From Monocercomonoides exilis PA203 (taxonomy: Eukaryota; Protista; Preaxostyla), in assembly GCA_001643675.2 (NCBI GenBank), contig LSRY02000011.1:1364001-1428000 (forward strand): DNA of 64,000 nucleotides, read 5' to 3'. Below are positions 1 through 12,300 of the stretch, in pieces (the stretch's first letter is position 1; each line of letters opens with the position of its first letter). The notes beneath the pieces are model-generated. The model searched no databases. It saw only the letters and a program-made list of their open reading frames with translations, and was not told the origin of the DNA. The position numbers and the translations under genes were made by a program.

Positions 1-2
1 CA

Positions 3-2318
3 AGCAGCCAGCTGAGTCCAAGAGTTCAGACATCGCCAGGCGCAAAGGAACACAGTAAAGAAAGCCACGGTAATCCATCACCCTCATCGCCACCACTTAG
101 AGATGAGCCAATCATCCCAACGGTAGAGCTTCCAAATCTTCCAGACTTGATGCATTCTCCTGGTGAAGAGGATTTACCGCCAGCCCCTGAACTTCCATCT
201 GATAAAAAAGAAAAAAAGAAGGACAAGGATAAAAAGAAGAAGAAGAAGGAAAAAAAGAAGAAGAAGAAAGAAAAGAAGAAGAGGAAGAAGGAGAAGAAGA
301 GAAGGAAGAAGGAGGCGCTGCTGCAGGCAGGGGGAGTGAAAGAAGAAGAGTCATCGTCATCTAACGATGATAGTGATTCAGACACTTCGGTCGACCCGGA
401 CGATCTCCCGCCTGCCGGAGCAGCGCAGGAAGATAGCAGCGAGGATGACTCGAGTGACGACTCAGACTCGGATTCAGATAGCGATAGCGATAGCGATAGT
501 GATTCGGAGTCGAGTCCGACGAGTGTGAGCAGAGGGGGTGGAAGGGCAGGGGCAGACGACGAAGAGACGAATCTGAAGCTGGTTGAGGATATGGAGCGGA
601 TGCGGCTGACGGGGACAGGGTTTGTGATTCCGGAGGGGATGAAGAAGACGCAGAAGGAGAAGGAGGCAGAGCTGAAGAGGCGGAAGGAGCAGAAGAAGAA
701 GGAGAAGGAGGAGAAGAAGCTGCGGAAGAAGCTGAAGGCGGAGAAGATGAAGAGGCTGCGGGAGGAGGAGGAGAAGGCGCGGCAGATGGAGCGGGAGAAG
801 GAGGAGCGGGAGCGGCGGGAGCAGGAAGAGCGGGAGCGGCGGGAGAGGGAGGAGAAAGAGCGGCGGGAGAGGGAAGAGAAGGCAGCGAGAGAAGAGGCAG
901 AGCGGGTGCGGCTGATGATGCTGAAGAAGGAGGAGGAAGAGGAGGACTCGTCGAGCTCGGAGGAGTCGAGCAGCACAGACTCGTCGGAGGAAGGAGGAGG
1001 AGGGGGAGGGAACGAGGAGGAGCGGAAGAAGAAGAAGAAAGAGAAGAAGGAGAAGAAAGAGAAGAAGAAGAAGGAGAAGAAGGAAAAGAAGAAGAAGAAG
1101 AAGGAGCAGATGACAGAGGCAGAGGTGATGGAGTATCGGGCGAAGAAGCAGCGGAAGTATCTTGAGAAGCACGGGGGGAAGATTGTGCGGTCTGAGTCGG
1201 CGTCGCCGATGCGGCGGGTGGACGGGGCAGTGCTTCGTCGCACAGCGTCTGTTGGGTCAGCATCATCATCCTCTTCTTCTTCCTCTTCCTCTTCATTGTC
1301 TTCGTTGCGCCCACTGGAGCGGGGCAGAGAGGGGGTGGGGCGGTCGTCGCTGGCGAAGTCGATGGTGCCGGCGAAGCGGTCGGAGCTGGCAGAGGAGCTG
1401 GAGGAGGAGCTGGACCAGCTGGGGCTGCTGATGTCGATGGGAGACCTGGACGGGGCGGAGCCGATCGCGCGGGGCATCTGCAGCACAGTGCTGAAGTGCG
1501 AGTGGCGGGGCACGACGGTGGCGGTGAAGAAGTTTGACGACGAGTTTGCAGACGACCCGCGGCTGGTGAACGAGATCGACATCATGCTGCGGTTCCACGG
1601 GGAGAGCATCATCCCGTTCCTGGGGGCGTCGCTGAACCCGCCGTTCCTGGTGATGGAGTATGCGGAGCGGGGGTCGCTGGCGTCGGTGCTGTACGGGGAG
1701 GACCTGCGGCCGGCGGTGTCGGGGCCGGGCGGGCAGCTGCGGGAGCCGATCAAGGCGAAGGAGCTGGTGTGGGCGACGAAGCTGAACTTCAGCCAGCAGA
1801 TAGCGACGGCGCTGTCGGGGCTGCACGCGGAGAAGAACTTCCACGGAGACCTGCGGGCGTCGCACGTGGTGGTGGAGCGGGACTGGTCGATCCGGATCGC
1901 GGGGTTCGGGACGCCGGCGCGGCTGAACTTCATCAAGACGCGGAAGGACAAGGGGGACGAGGGGCGGCGGGACGAGGAGATGCGGGGCCGGCGGCCGGTG
2001 CGGATGGCAGACTTCACGCACTTCGCACCGGAGTCGCTGCAGCCGCACGGGAAGGTGAATGCGAAGTCGGATGTGTATGCGCTGGGGGTGCTGCTGTGGG
2101 AGATATGCAACCAGGAGAAGGCGTACGACGGGCTCAGCCGGGCAGAGATTGCAGAAAGGGTGGTGGCGGGGGCGCGGCTCCCTGTGGACGGGCCGAAGAT
2201 GAAGGACGTACCGGCGGAGTTTATCGCCATCATGAAGGACTGCTGGAACGCAGTGCCCGAGCAGCGGCCCGACATGCAGGAAGTGAAGCGCAGGCTGAAC
2301 GCCCTCACCGCCTCTTGA
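3..2318 (+). CDS. TKL-family protein kinase-like protein (probably a pseudokinase), 5'-truncated by the window edge; Lys/Glu/Ser low-complexity N-terminus
   Basis: Frame is open from base 3 to TGA 2316-2318. Kinase motifs: WRGTTVAVK, FLVMEY, HGDLRASH, APE, KSDVYALGVLLWE, CW..PEQRP. DFG is replaced by GFG. Confidence 0.85.
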   Translation, partial: SSQLSPRVQTSPGAKEHSKESHGNPSPSSPPLRDEPIIPTVELPNLPDLMHSPGEEDLPPAPELPSDKKEKKKDKDKKKKKKEKKKKKKEKKKRKKEKKRRKKEALLQAGGVKEEESSSSNDDSDSDTSVDPDDLPPAGAAQEDSSEDDSSDDSDSDSDSDSDSDSDSESSPTSVSRGGGRAGADDEETNLKLVEDMERMRLTGTGFVIPEGMKKTQKEKEAELKRRKEQKKKEKEEKKLRKKLKAEKMKRLREEEEKARQMEREKEERERREQEERERREREEKERREREEKAAREEAERVRLMMLKKEEEEEDSSSSEESSSTDSSEEGGGGGGNEEERKKKKKEKKEKKEKKKKEKKEKKKKKKEQMTEAEVMEYRAKKQRKYLEKHGGKIVRSESASPMRRVDGAVLRRTASVGSASSSSSSSSSSSLSSLRPLERGREGVGRSSLAKSMVPAKRSELAEELEEELDQLGLLMSMGDLDGAEPIARGICSTVLKCEWRGTTVAVKKFDDEFADDPRLVNEIDIMLRFHGESIIPFLGASLNPPFLVMEYAERGSLASVLYGEDLRPAVSGPGGQLREPIKAKELVWATKLNFSQQIATALSGLHAEKNFHGDLRASHVVVERDWSIRIAGFGTPARLNFIKTRKDKGDEGRRDEEMRGRRPVRMADFTHFAPESLQPHGKVNAKSDVYALGVLLWEICNQEKAYDGLSRAEIAERVVAGARLPVDGPKMKDVPAEFIAIMKDCWNAVPEQRPDMQEVKRRLNALTAS

Positions 2319-2751
2319 CACACGCGCACCCCTGTTTGTATTGCGATGGCTTCACGGGCCTTGTGGCGAACAGTTTGCGTTGATGTTATTTGCTGTTTGA
2401 AGACGACTGGCTTTCCCCCTTTGCCACGCAAAGTGATAACCTCTAGAATTTTTGATTTTGTGTTTGAAAGTGGATTTTAGATATATCATGCTATTCACAT
2501 CATCTGATTATTACTACCATTGTTATTATCATTGTTGTTATTATTGTTATTTTTTAAACCTCATTTTTTATTTCGTTTTATTCCATTTTATTTCTTTTGT
2601 GTACAACCTTTTCATTTCTTTTCATTTTCTTTCATTTCTTTTCTGTTCTGTTTTTTTACAACTTTCTAATTCTTTTTATTTTGTGCCCCAGCTAGAAAGG
2701 GAAAAAAAGAAAGAAAGAATTGTTTTTTATTAAAATGGAAAAAAAGAAAAA

Positions 2752-2834
2752 TGCAAGGAGTGGGATTCGAACCCACGCATCCGAAGATACTAGTACCTTA
2801 AACTAGCGCCTTAGACCGACTCGGCCATCCTTGC
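2752..2834 (-). tRNA. tRNA-Leu (anticodon AAG)
   Basis: Reverse complement GCAAGGATGGCCGAGTCGGTCTAAGGCG-CTAGT-TTAAGGT-ACTAG-...GGTTCGAATCCCACTCCTTGCA: acceptor stem, D arm, long variable arm and TTC arm are all present. Confidence 0.95.
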
Positions 2835-3399
2835 TCAGCTCAAAAAGTTTTTTCTGCTCTCAATGTCTTTAGTGTTTCTTTTTCAAAAAACAAACCATTT
2901 GAATAAATCATAAACAAAAAATTGCATTTTTAATTCGTCTAATGACACGCTGTTGTGGAAGGAAAAAATCACAATTTTTCATTTTTTTTTTTTTTTTCTT
3001 TTATCACATGAAGGATTTTATTTGTTTTTATAAAGCAATGAGTTTTTATTTTTATGATAACGTTCAAGTTTTATGTGAGTTCTATTCACCAATTGCATCA
3101 AAAATTATTATGAATAGAAAATCTTTCGTTCAAATTCGAAAATGTTACAATGTTTCCCAAAAGAGATGAAAAATGATTGCAATATGAAATTACTCTATAT
3201 TTCCAAAACCACATGTTTTAATTTTTATGAAAAGTTCATTTTGTTAAACTTTCAAAAAAACAATAATTTCATATTTCCATCAAATTTCTGTTCGCACTCA
3301 ATTTACTTCACAAAAATGGAAATAATAACAGTCAAGATTTTTTTTCATGATAATGAAATTTTGTGAGTCGGAGAAGAAATATGATCGAAATATGATAAT

Positions 3400-6300
3400 T
3401 TAGTTTTATTTGAAAATTTTCATTAGCGACTTTTCAAAAAGAATACCACATATCCAACATGATAATTAAATATCTTTCTCATCGAAAAATGTGAAGATTA
3501 TTCTCATTTGTTCCAATATTCTTCAGTCAAGAATATAATGTCATTCATTAAAATTTTATCACTTAACGTTCTCTCCGTAACTCAACAGATATTTTCAACA
3601 GTGATATTTTCAAGTTTTTAAATTCAAAAATACGACGAAATAAAATAAAAAACAATTGTTTTTGAGAGTGAAATTCAAAAAAAAACTTCCTGTGCTTTTT
3701 CAGAAATTCTCCTCAATGCGCTCGCTTTGAATTGAAGCAACCCTTTCTCAACATAAAAATTAACATTCACTATTCTTTATTCAAAAGAGACTCAAAAAAT
3801 TGAATAATAAAAGAAAAACGCAGCTTCACACCCAATTTGTCTATTGATTCTTTGATTGTTGTTTTCAATGAAAAGTTGAAAATTCAAAGCAAAAAAATGA
3901 AAAGGCACAATTTTTAATTCAAAAACTCAAGATTTGGTAAGTGGGCAGATAATGACCGGTAAAAAAATTCGATTTTCATGTTTTTATTTATTTAAACAAT
4001 TATCAATTAATGCAATTATGATATTTTAAAGTGATTTTCGTATAACAGTGATTTTGAACTGAGAAAACCTATCTTTAAAATCCAATATAAATTTTTATTT
4101 GGAAATCCTCACTCAAAATAAAAAACTCTTATCAGTTGAATAAACGAAAAGTTTTCGTTAAACATAACCCTAATAAACACATTGACAAGGGATAAACCAT
4201 TTTTTTTTTAAATGAAAACCTTAAAGATACATTCTCTCTTATTTATCTTAGGGGTTTAATCATAAGCTTTTATTAACTTCTGCCTTTTTTATTCTGAAAA
4301 ATTTTCAGTTTTTTATCGAATATTTTTCTTTTTGAGAATTCTAAATTTCGAAAAAGCGAGTTTGTTAAGGTCAAATATTCTTCTTTAAGACTATTTTTGC
4401 ACCGGTCGCTATGAACCATCTAACCAAAGATTTTCTCCCACATTCTGCAATTTGTTGAAACTAATTGTTCATTGAACAATAAACTCGTAAATAAATTTTT
4501 GTGTTTTGAAAAATAAAATTTTCAATCAAATTTCATTTTTCTCAAACAAAACTTATTTTTTGAATTGCAAACTGTGTTTGTCTGATTATAATTGAAGAAA
4601 TGAAGTGATTTCTGCTGACTATAAAAAACGTCAAACAAAATTAACATTTGAAGAACAAGAATTCAAAAAATCCTCTAATTTTAATAAAGAAGAAGATTTA
4701 ATAAAAACAAAATAAATAAATATGTTGCTGAGAAAATTAACGGAAAAATTGATTTGTGTATGAACATTAAACAGTTTGATTTGTAAAGGAGTTAAAATGT
4801 GACAAAAAGAGCAGAAAGAAACATTTGAAAAACATTTGACAAAAGAGTGGTAAATATATACATATATATGGATGCTTCAAGGTGCTATAAAAAACAAAAA
4901 CACAAGGAACATTCATTTGAAACACAAAATGCAATCAAATAAAAGATTCTTTAAAGATAATCTTTCACGAAAAAAGAGTTCAAAAATTGAAACGAAAACT
5001 TAACTATTAAACACATTCAAAAAAAACGAACAGAAAAATACATTTGAATGAAAAAAATCTTTCATTTCCACTTTTTCAAAAAAAAAAAGTTTTTCCCTTC
5101 ACACACAATTTGTGATTCAAAAACCACGTTTCTCTTCTATTTTCTTCTCCGATCGCCTTTCAAAAGTAATTTCTGCTTGTTTTTACAGTGTTTCTATTCA
5201 CGTATGTTTCTTGATTGTTCTCTTGCACTTGTTTAATATTATCACTTTTTCACTCTTTGTTTTTCGTGTTTGTTCTCATTATTATTCTTTGAGCATGTCT
5301 TTGCTTCTCTAACAACATTTCACACAACACATCCCCACGTTTCTCAAATCATTCATTCTTTTTTCTCCTCAACAAGCAGAATTTCTTTTGACACCTCACT
5401 TCCTTCCATTCTTCCACTTCCATTATTGATTCTGACTGGCACAACATCCATTGCATCTGTCATCGTCATCACCCATCCGCCTTTTCCATACATCCCAAAC
5501 AGTTCCTTCTTCACATCCAGAAGCGTTGGCCTGCTTTCCACTTTCTGCGACAAGCAACTCAACACCAGATTGTGAAGTCTCGATTCACTCACACATTCCA
5601 AGCTTGGCCTTTCTCCATTGGATATCTTCTGTCCAGCTATCTCCGCATCATACTCTCCAAATGGTATTTTGAGAGACAAACACTCCCACAGCATCATCCC
5701 AATCGAGAATGCCACCGATTCCTTTGTTGCTTCCATCTTCTTGTTCATCTGCAGCTCAGGTGCCTTCCATCTCAAACACTCTTTTTTGAAACTATCTTCT
5801 TCCTCAAATGCTGATGAGGGCAGAGAGTCGCTTTCATCATCACCATCATCACTTGCTGATGTTATAACTGTTGATGAAGAAATAGATGAAGAATCTGAAT
5901 CATCATCAGACAATAAGTCTGAATGCATCACGATGCAGATGACCATATGCTCTGAGAACAACACAATGTGCGGACTCAAACTGGATAATGACTGAAGAGG
6001 GTTTTCCATTTCATCAAACGAGTGAATGGCTCCATTTGCTACCCAGAACAAGACCTGGGCAGCTGTCACTTCCCTCTCCTGCAAACTTCCAATTGCCATC
6101 TCCTTCTTCTCGTTCCTTCCATGAAGCAGCATGAACAGTGAATCCCTCAGATCAACAATCAGCTTCTCATGTGGAGATGAGCAGGCCATTGCATCCACCA
6201 GATTCGACATGGACGAGGTGGTTGGGCACAGATCCTCCCCGCGAACAAAAGTTGAATCTGAGTCAGTTGTTGAAGTGGATGTGACCGATGGAGATGGTGT

Positions 6301-9300
6301 TCTCTTTCTCGTCTCCTCCTCTTCATCCACTTTCTCCAACATCCACTCTGGAATCTTGTCTGAATCTTTCCCCAGAATATATTCTGTTGATCCACTCTCA
6401 GACAGAAGATGCTCTGATGACTCTGAATGTCCCAATGTCTTGTCATACGCCCTCTTCTTCATGTTTTCTTCATTCTTCTTTTCTGCCTCCCTCTCAGCTC
6501 TTCTCCACTGCTCCTCAGGCGACATCTCCATTGTAACCATCTCAATTAGCTTTGGATCCTTTTTCACTGAATCATTCATCAACTCTCTCAGATCTTTATT
6601 CTCGTTCTTTGCCCTTCTCCACCTAACGGTAACGATAATGGATACAATCAGTACAATCAGCAAAATCATAACAAGCACAATTACAATAATTGGCCAAAAT
6701 GTTTTTTCTTTCTTTCCTCCTTCAGCAATTCTTTCATCCCCTTTTTGTTCAATTTCACTTTTGTTCTTCAGAATGATTGAATTTGTTGAAGAAGGAGATT
6801 CTGATCTCCCAAACAAAACATGCACGCTCACCTCAATTTCGTCTCCGCAACTGCTGATGAGATCTTTTGCAACACTCCCTTCAACTTCTCTCTCTGACAA
6901 GAATCCATTTGAATCAAAATCATAATGTTCAATCTCTTTCTCTTCTCCTTTCCTCTTCACAGCTGAGAATGACAGATTGCACGGAATAAGAAGGAATCCT
7001 TTAAATTTCAGCTTCATTCTTTCTGTCTCTTCTATTGCTTCCACACTCTCCAACACAGGAATGAAGAATGATGAATCCCTTTCTGAAACAATCCCTTCAA
7101 AACTGCACCCTTCATTCAACATCCAAAGTGAAGTGTTTCTTTCCCATCCATCTCCTCCTTTCACACTCACAACATTCAATTCGCCATTCCCTGTGCAGAT
7201 CACATTCCTTCTCAATGATGGATATCCCTCAATAGATGGATTGTTGTTCTCGAATTCTCCCTTCTCAATATTTAAACTTCCTCCACTTATCCATATTCCT
7301 CCATTCCTGCTGTTTTTGATTGTTGTTTCCCTCATTTCTACATTGCTGTTTTCACCGGTAATCAATGAACCATTCCACCCACAGATTTCTTTCCTGTTCA
7401 TTTTCCCATTTCTTTTCCTTTTCCATTCTCCATTCCCTTCTCCATCAAATGCACATGCCTCAATCCTCACTGCTCTGCCTTCTCTTATCTGAATCATGTT
7501 TCCTTTCTCCTTCGAATTTGTGCATTTTTCAAACGAGCAATTCAGAACACTCACATCTTCTTCTGCTCCTTCTATCTTCATTGCACTTCCTCCTTTCATC
7601 AACGAAATATTATTGGCTGTAATTTCTTTCATCTCCACCTCTGCCTTTCCTCCCACAACAATTGAATCTCCTTCACATTCAATGTTTGAAATGCTTATTT
7701 CAAACATCTCAACTCTTCCTTCACTGCAAAATGACAGAAGTGACACTGTTGAGCGAATCCCACTGAATGACGTTTCGCTCATCTTCAGCTCTCCACTCTC
7801 CACGCTCACAATCGTGTTCTTCATCACAAGATCCATTGCTAACGAGCTAAAAATGCACACTGAAATCTCCAATCTCCCATTCTTCTCTTTCAAAATGCTC
7901 TCCTGATTCCCTTCAAACATCTCCCCAAACACAAATCTGCATTTCTCAACAATGCACTCATTCACAAACACAGCCACACTCCTTTCATTCCCAATTTCTT
8001 CGATTTCTTTGTTAAACTGAATTGTTGCTGGAGTTCTCATCATTGAATTCATTCTCACATCTCCAATTTCGCATTCACCTCCTATCACGCATTCTCCATC
8101 GATCCACAACACATTCATCAGATTCTTTTCGATGTGCTTTACGCTGCAGCTGACGCTCCGGCATGGATTACTCTGCGCTCCACACTGTCTGTTGTCATTT
8201 CCATACACACTCAAAAACACCTGGGCAGAGTAATAAAATGTTATCAGTGGAATAAGATCAACATCAACTTTATCGACATCATCCCTCCCACATATTGAGT
8301 TGTTCGACTTCAAAGCATCTTGATTGAAGTCCAGCACAAACAGTGTTTCATTCACCTGCTCTGCAATTGAAAAGCAGTTGATGAACACATCCTTCCCCAC
8401 AAATGCCTCATTCATCACAAATCGGATGTTCTCCATCTTCAGTCGAAGTGGGGGAGCAGTTTTTGGATTTGCTTCAACATTCGGGTCAAGTGCGTCAATC
8501 ATCATGCCTCCACCTCTTCCAAAACCTGTTGAACACTCACACATCACAAACGAGCATCCACTCACTTTCAGGTCTGATTCTCCACTCTTTAGACACATCT
8601 TCACTCCTCCACCTTCCTCACTCCTCATGCTCGTGCACTTCGTAAGCACACACCCTTCCATAACACATTCAACGCCAACAGAGAACGAGTCCACACACAC
8701 AACACACACTCTATTCTCCTCACTTGTGATGTTTGTGAATGTTGAGTTATTCATCCTTATCATTGTCTTTGTGTTTCTTATTCCTCTTTCGCTCAACCTG
8801 TTTGATTGTGTTTCCTCTTCCAGAGAAATCAAACTTCTTCCAGAAATGGATGTGTTCGTTAACGTGGTATTCACCACGTCAATCACTTCCACTTCTGGCG
8901 TAAACTCCAAAAACCCTTTTTCCAGAGTGAATTGAGAAAGGACACATTCCTCAATCACAATGCATCCTCTACACGCCTTCAACACACAATATTTCGTCTC
9001 TCTCAATTGATCTTCACAAACAAACAAACAGCTCATTATTGATAGTGTTGCTGAGGACGATGGTGATGACCCTGAGTGAATGAGTGATGAATGCTTCCCC
9101 AATTCGCTCGGCAAATTGAATGATAAGTTTTCAAACGAAAGATGAATATCTGATGCTATCATTGACTCTTCATCTCCTTCCGCATCCATTTCACTCACTC
9201 TCAAAATTCTTCCTTTCTCTTCTCCTTCAACCTTCACAACTGGTGTGTTTGATGATGATGATGATGAAGAAGAAAATGATATTGAACTTCGAAGCAATCC

Positions 9301-12300
9301 TGAACCTGACACAATGATCTTTGATTCTTCTGTTTCAAGTGTTGCGTATCTCAATGAAACAAGATGATCAATTGAAGAACATGGTGCTTCTGAATACCCA
9401 CACCCACTGAAGTCTCCTCCTTTCTCTTTCGAAACAAACCCATTCCTGCTCCAGTTTCTCCACAAATACACAACCAATGGAATCACATATCTCTCCTCTC
9501 CTGTTGTCTTCCTCTCCCATCCACACAACTCATCCAACGATCCCAACTCCTCTGAACTCATCTCCCATTTGAATTTCTCTTTGTTCACAATCTCACTCAG
9601 ATCCCATCCAGATATAAACATTTTCTTCCCTTTCCAGGCATTGCATCCTTCGAATATCATTCCTTCAAGCACAGTTGATCCCATTTCTTCTGCAAATCTC
9701 ACAAACATCCCTCCTCCAATTCCTCTTCCCCCTTCCTCTTTATCTATTGATGGAACTTCACATCCATCAAACTTCACATTTTTCATTTCCAGACTCCCTC
9801 CATTCCCCACTGATATCATAATTCCTCCTCCTTTTATCCCATTTCCACCTGAACACACTGATGACAAATTGCATTCTTCAATTTTTGTACTTCCTCCTTC
9901 TTTAATCTCAAAATTCAAGCATCCTCCTCCATTCCCACATGTCACTTCCACTTCACTAACTCTGCTGTTCAAAATCTCCAATTCCATTCCATTTGTCATC
10001 GTTATTGGTGATTTTCCATTCATTGTCACTGGTCCTTCCATCACAAATCCATTCACAATCAGAGTTCCTCCATCAATATTAATCACATTGAATTCAATCA
10101 TTCCATCAATTAATAAATTGTCTGTAAATGAGACAGAACAGCTGGTGATTGTGATTGTCGATGATGAGGAGTGGATAAATACACTTCTCCTTCCATTCAT
10201 TTCCTCATTCAATGCAAATAACAAACGGTTCATTTCAAATGGTCTTGTGCACTCAATAAGATAATTTCGGTTTTTTTCTCCTTCATCACTCACTTCCACT
10301 CTCATCCCCTCTTCTTTCGCTGATGTTGCTTTTCCTGAAATACTCACCTCAAACGAAGTCACTTGCATTTCTCCTTTTATTGAAGAAGATGAGACAACTT
10401 CTATTTCGTGAATGCTGCTGTCAACACGATTGTTCGCGCAATAGTCAATCGTCAGACATCCAAACTTCTCAAACCCACAATAACCGTGATTCAATGAACC
10501 TTCTTCACTTCCATCAACAATCAATTTCGATCCAATTGAGCACAAATACACAAATAGAGGAATCACTTCGTCTTCTTTCCCATCCTCGCTTCCACTCAAC
10601 CTCAACACATCTGAAGGAGTGCTTGTTGAGTCAAAAAATTCAAATGTGTTTGTATTCACTTTTGACTCAAGCAATATCCCTGAACTGCATGATACAAACA
10701 CATCCTTCCCATATGATGCCACATTCTCCTTCACTTTCGAAAACTCAACATTCTGTCCAATTGTCAATCCGCATCCCTCACTTTCCATCTCAACAAATAA
10801 TCCTCCTCCTCTTCCTCCTTTTCCTTCAACATTCACTGCCTCACATCCATCAATCGCACATGCTCCATTCACCACAACTTCCCCGTCACCTGCTAAACAA
10901 ACGCAAATTCCTCCCCCGCTCCCTTCCTCGCACAAACAATTTTCAATTGAGATATTCTGCACCACAAATGTCTCTCCTTCCTGCACACTCTTTGCCATCA
11001 CCACTCCATTTCCTCCTGTCCGATTCACATTCCGAACTGTCACATTTGAAAGAACACTTTCTCCTGATGCTGATCCTTCCATGAACAGCTCAGAAAATAG
11101 AGGCTGAGCCACTTCCATATTTTTTATCTCAACATCACTCATTTTCAGTTGCCTTAGAGCCACCACAAATACTGATGCTGATATTGCACTCCCTCCTTCT
11201 GCTGCTGATGAAAAAATCACCACATCTTCCAAAGAAAGTTCTCCGCTATCTCCAGACATCACAAACACACTCGGCGATGAACTTCTTGTCGCATTGTGAT
11301 CAATCCCCACATGCAACACCTTCAGTCGCCCGCTTGTCACGCTGAACAATGCTGTTGAAGACAAAGAAAGCGAATTCGTCCCAATCACGCTTGCTTCTTT
11401 TCCTTTTCCCACAACATTCATTTTATTTCCCACGCTGATCGTTTCTTGTTCATTTCCATGGTTCCCTTCCATCAGTGAAACAAACAAGCTTGTCTGAATC
11501 GCGTTCTGAGAAACTGCAACACCAATGCTTTTGCATGCGTTTGATTCATTTATTCCGCACAACTCGTTTGTACTGCCTCCATCTGCTGTCACAAGCCTAT
11601 AAAGAATCCCATTTTTCAGCCATTCACTCTTTTCTGTATGCTGATATGACCAAGTATTTGAATATGCATAATTGTATGCATACCCTACCCTCTGAATGTT
11701 TGTGTTCGTGGTGTAACATTCCTTTAAAGGAATTCCAGAGTTCAAATAGTCATTGAAGATATCAACAAACATCAAGTCATGCCCGTATGGTAGATTATTC
11801 AAGCACCTGCATTCGTGGAAGAACAGAAAATAACAAAAAAATCCATCATTGGGTTTTCCTGCTTTTTCAGGTCTAAAATACAATGCTCCCTCTCTCACAG
11901 CAGAACATGAAACAAATTGGATGCTCCTAATTTTGACTTGAACAAGAAAATCATAAATGCACATAGCTGCACCATATGTATCAGAAAGTGAGCATGAAGC
12001 AAAACCACAGTCAAAAATGCATGCGCTCTCTCCTTCTCCATTTTCTGATCCAATACATCCTGTTCCTGAAACCTGAAAATTTTCGATATGAAGCCCTCCT
12101 CCGTAATTAACTGCTTTGCAATTCTGGAAGTCACATCCACTGACTCGAGCACATGATGAAATTGAACGAATGCACATTCCACCTCCAGCCCAGCTTTGTG
12201 CAATGCATGAGTTGAATGTATTATTTATTATCTCAATTGATTCGATTGAACGGCACAAAATTCCTCCTCCAGCATAATGCGCATAACAATCATTGAATGA

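Noticed and set aside
26-2431. 801-aa minus-strand ORF and other overlapping ORFs
   Set aside because: Antisense shadows of the GC-rich, low-complexity kinase gene; no motifs.
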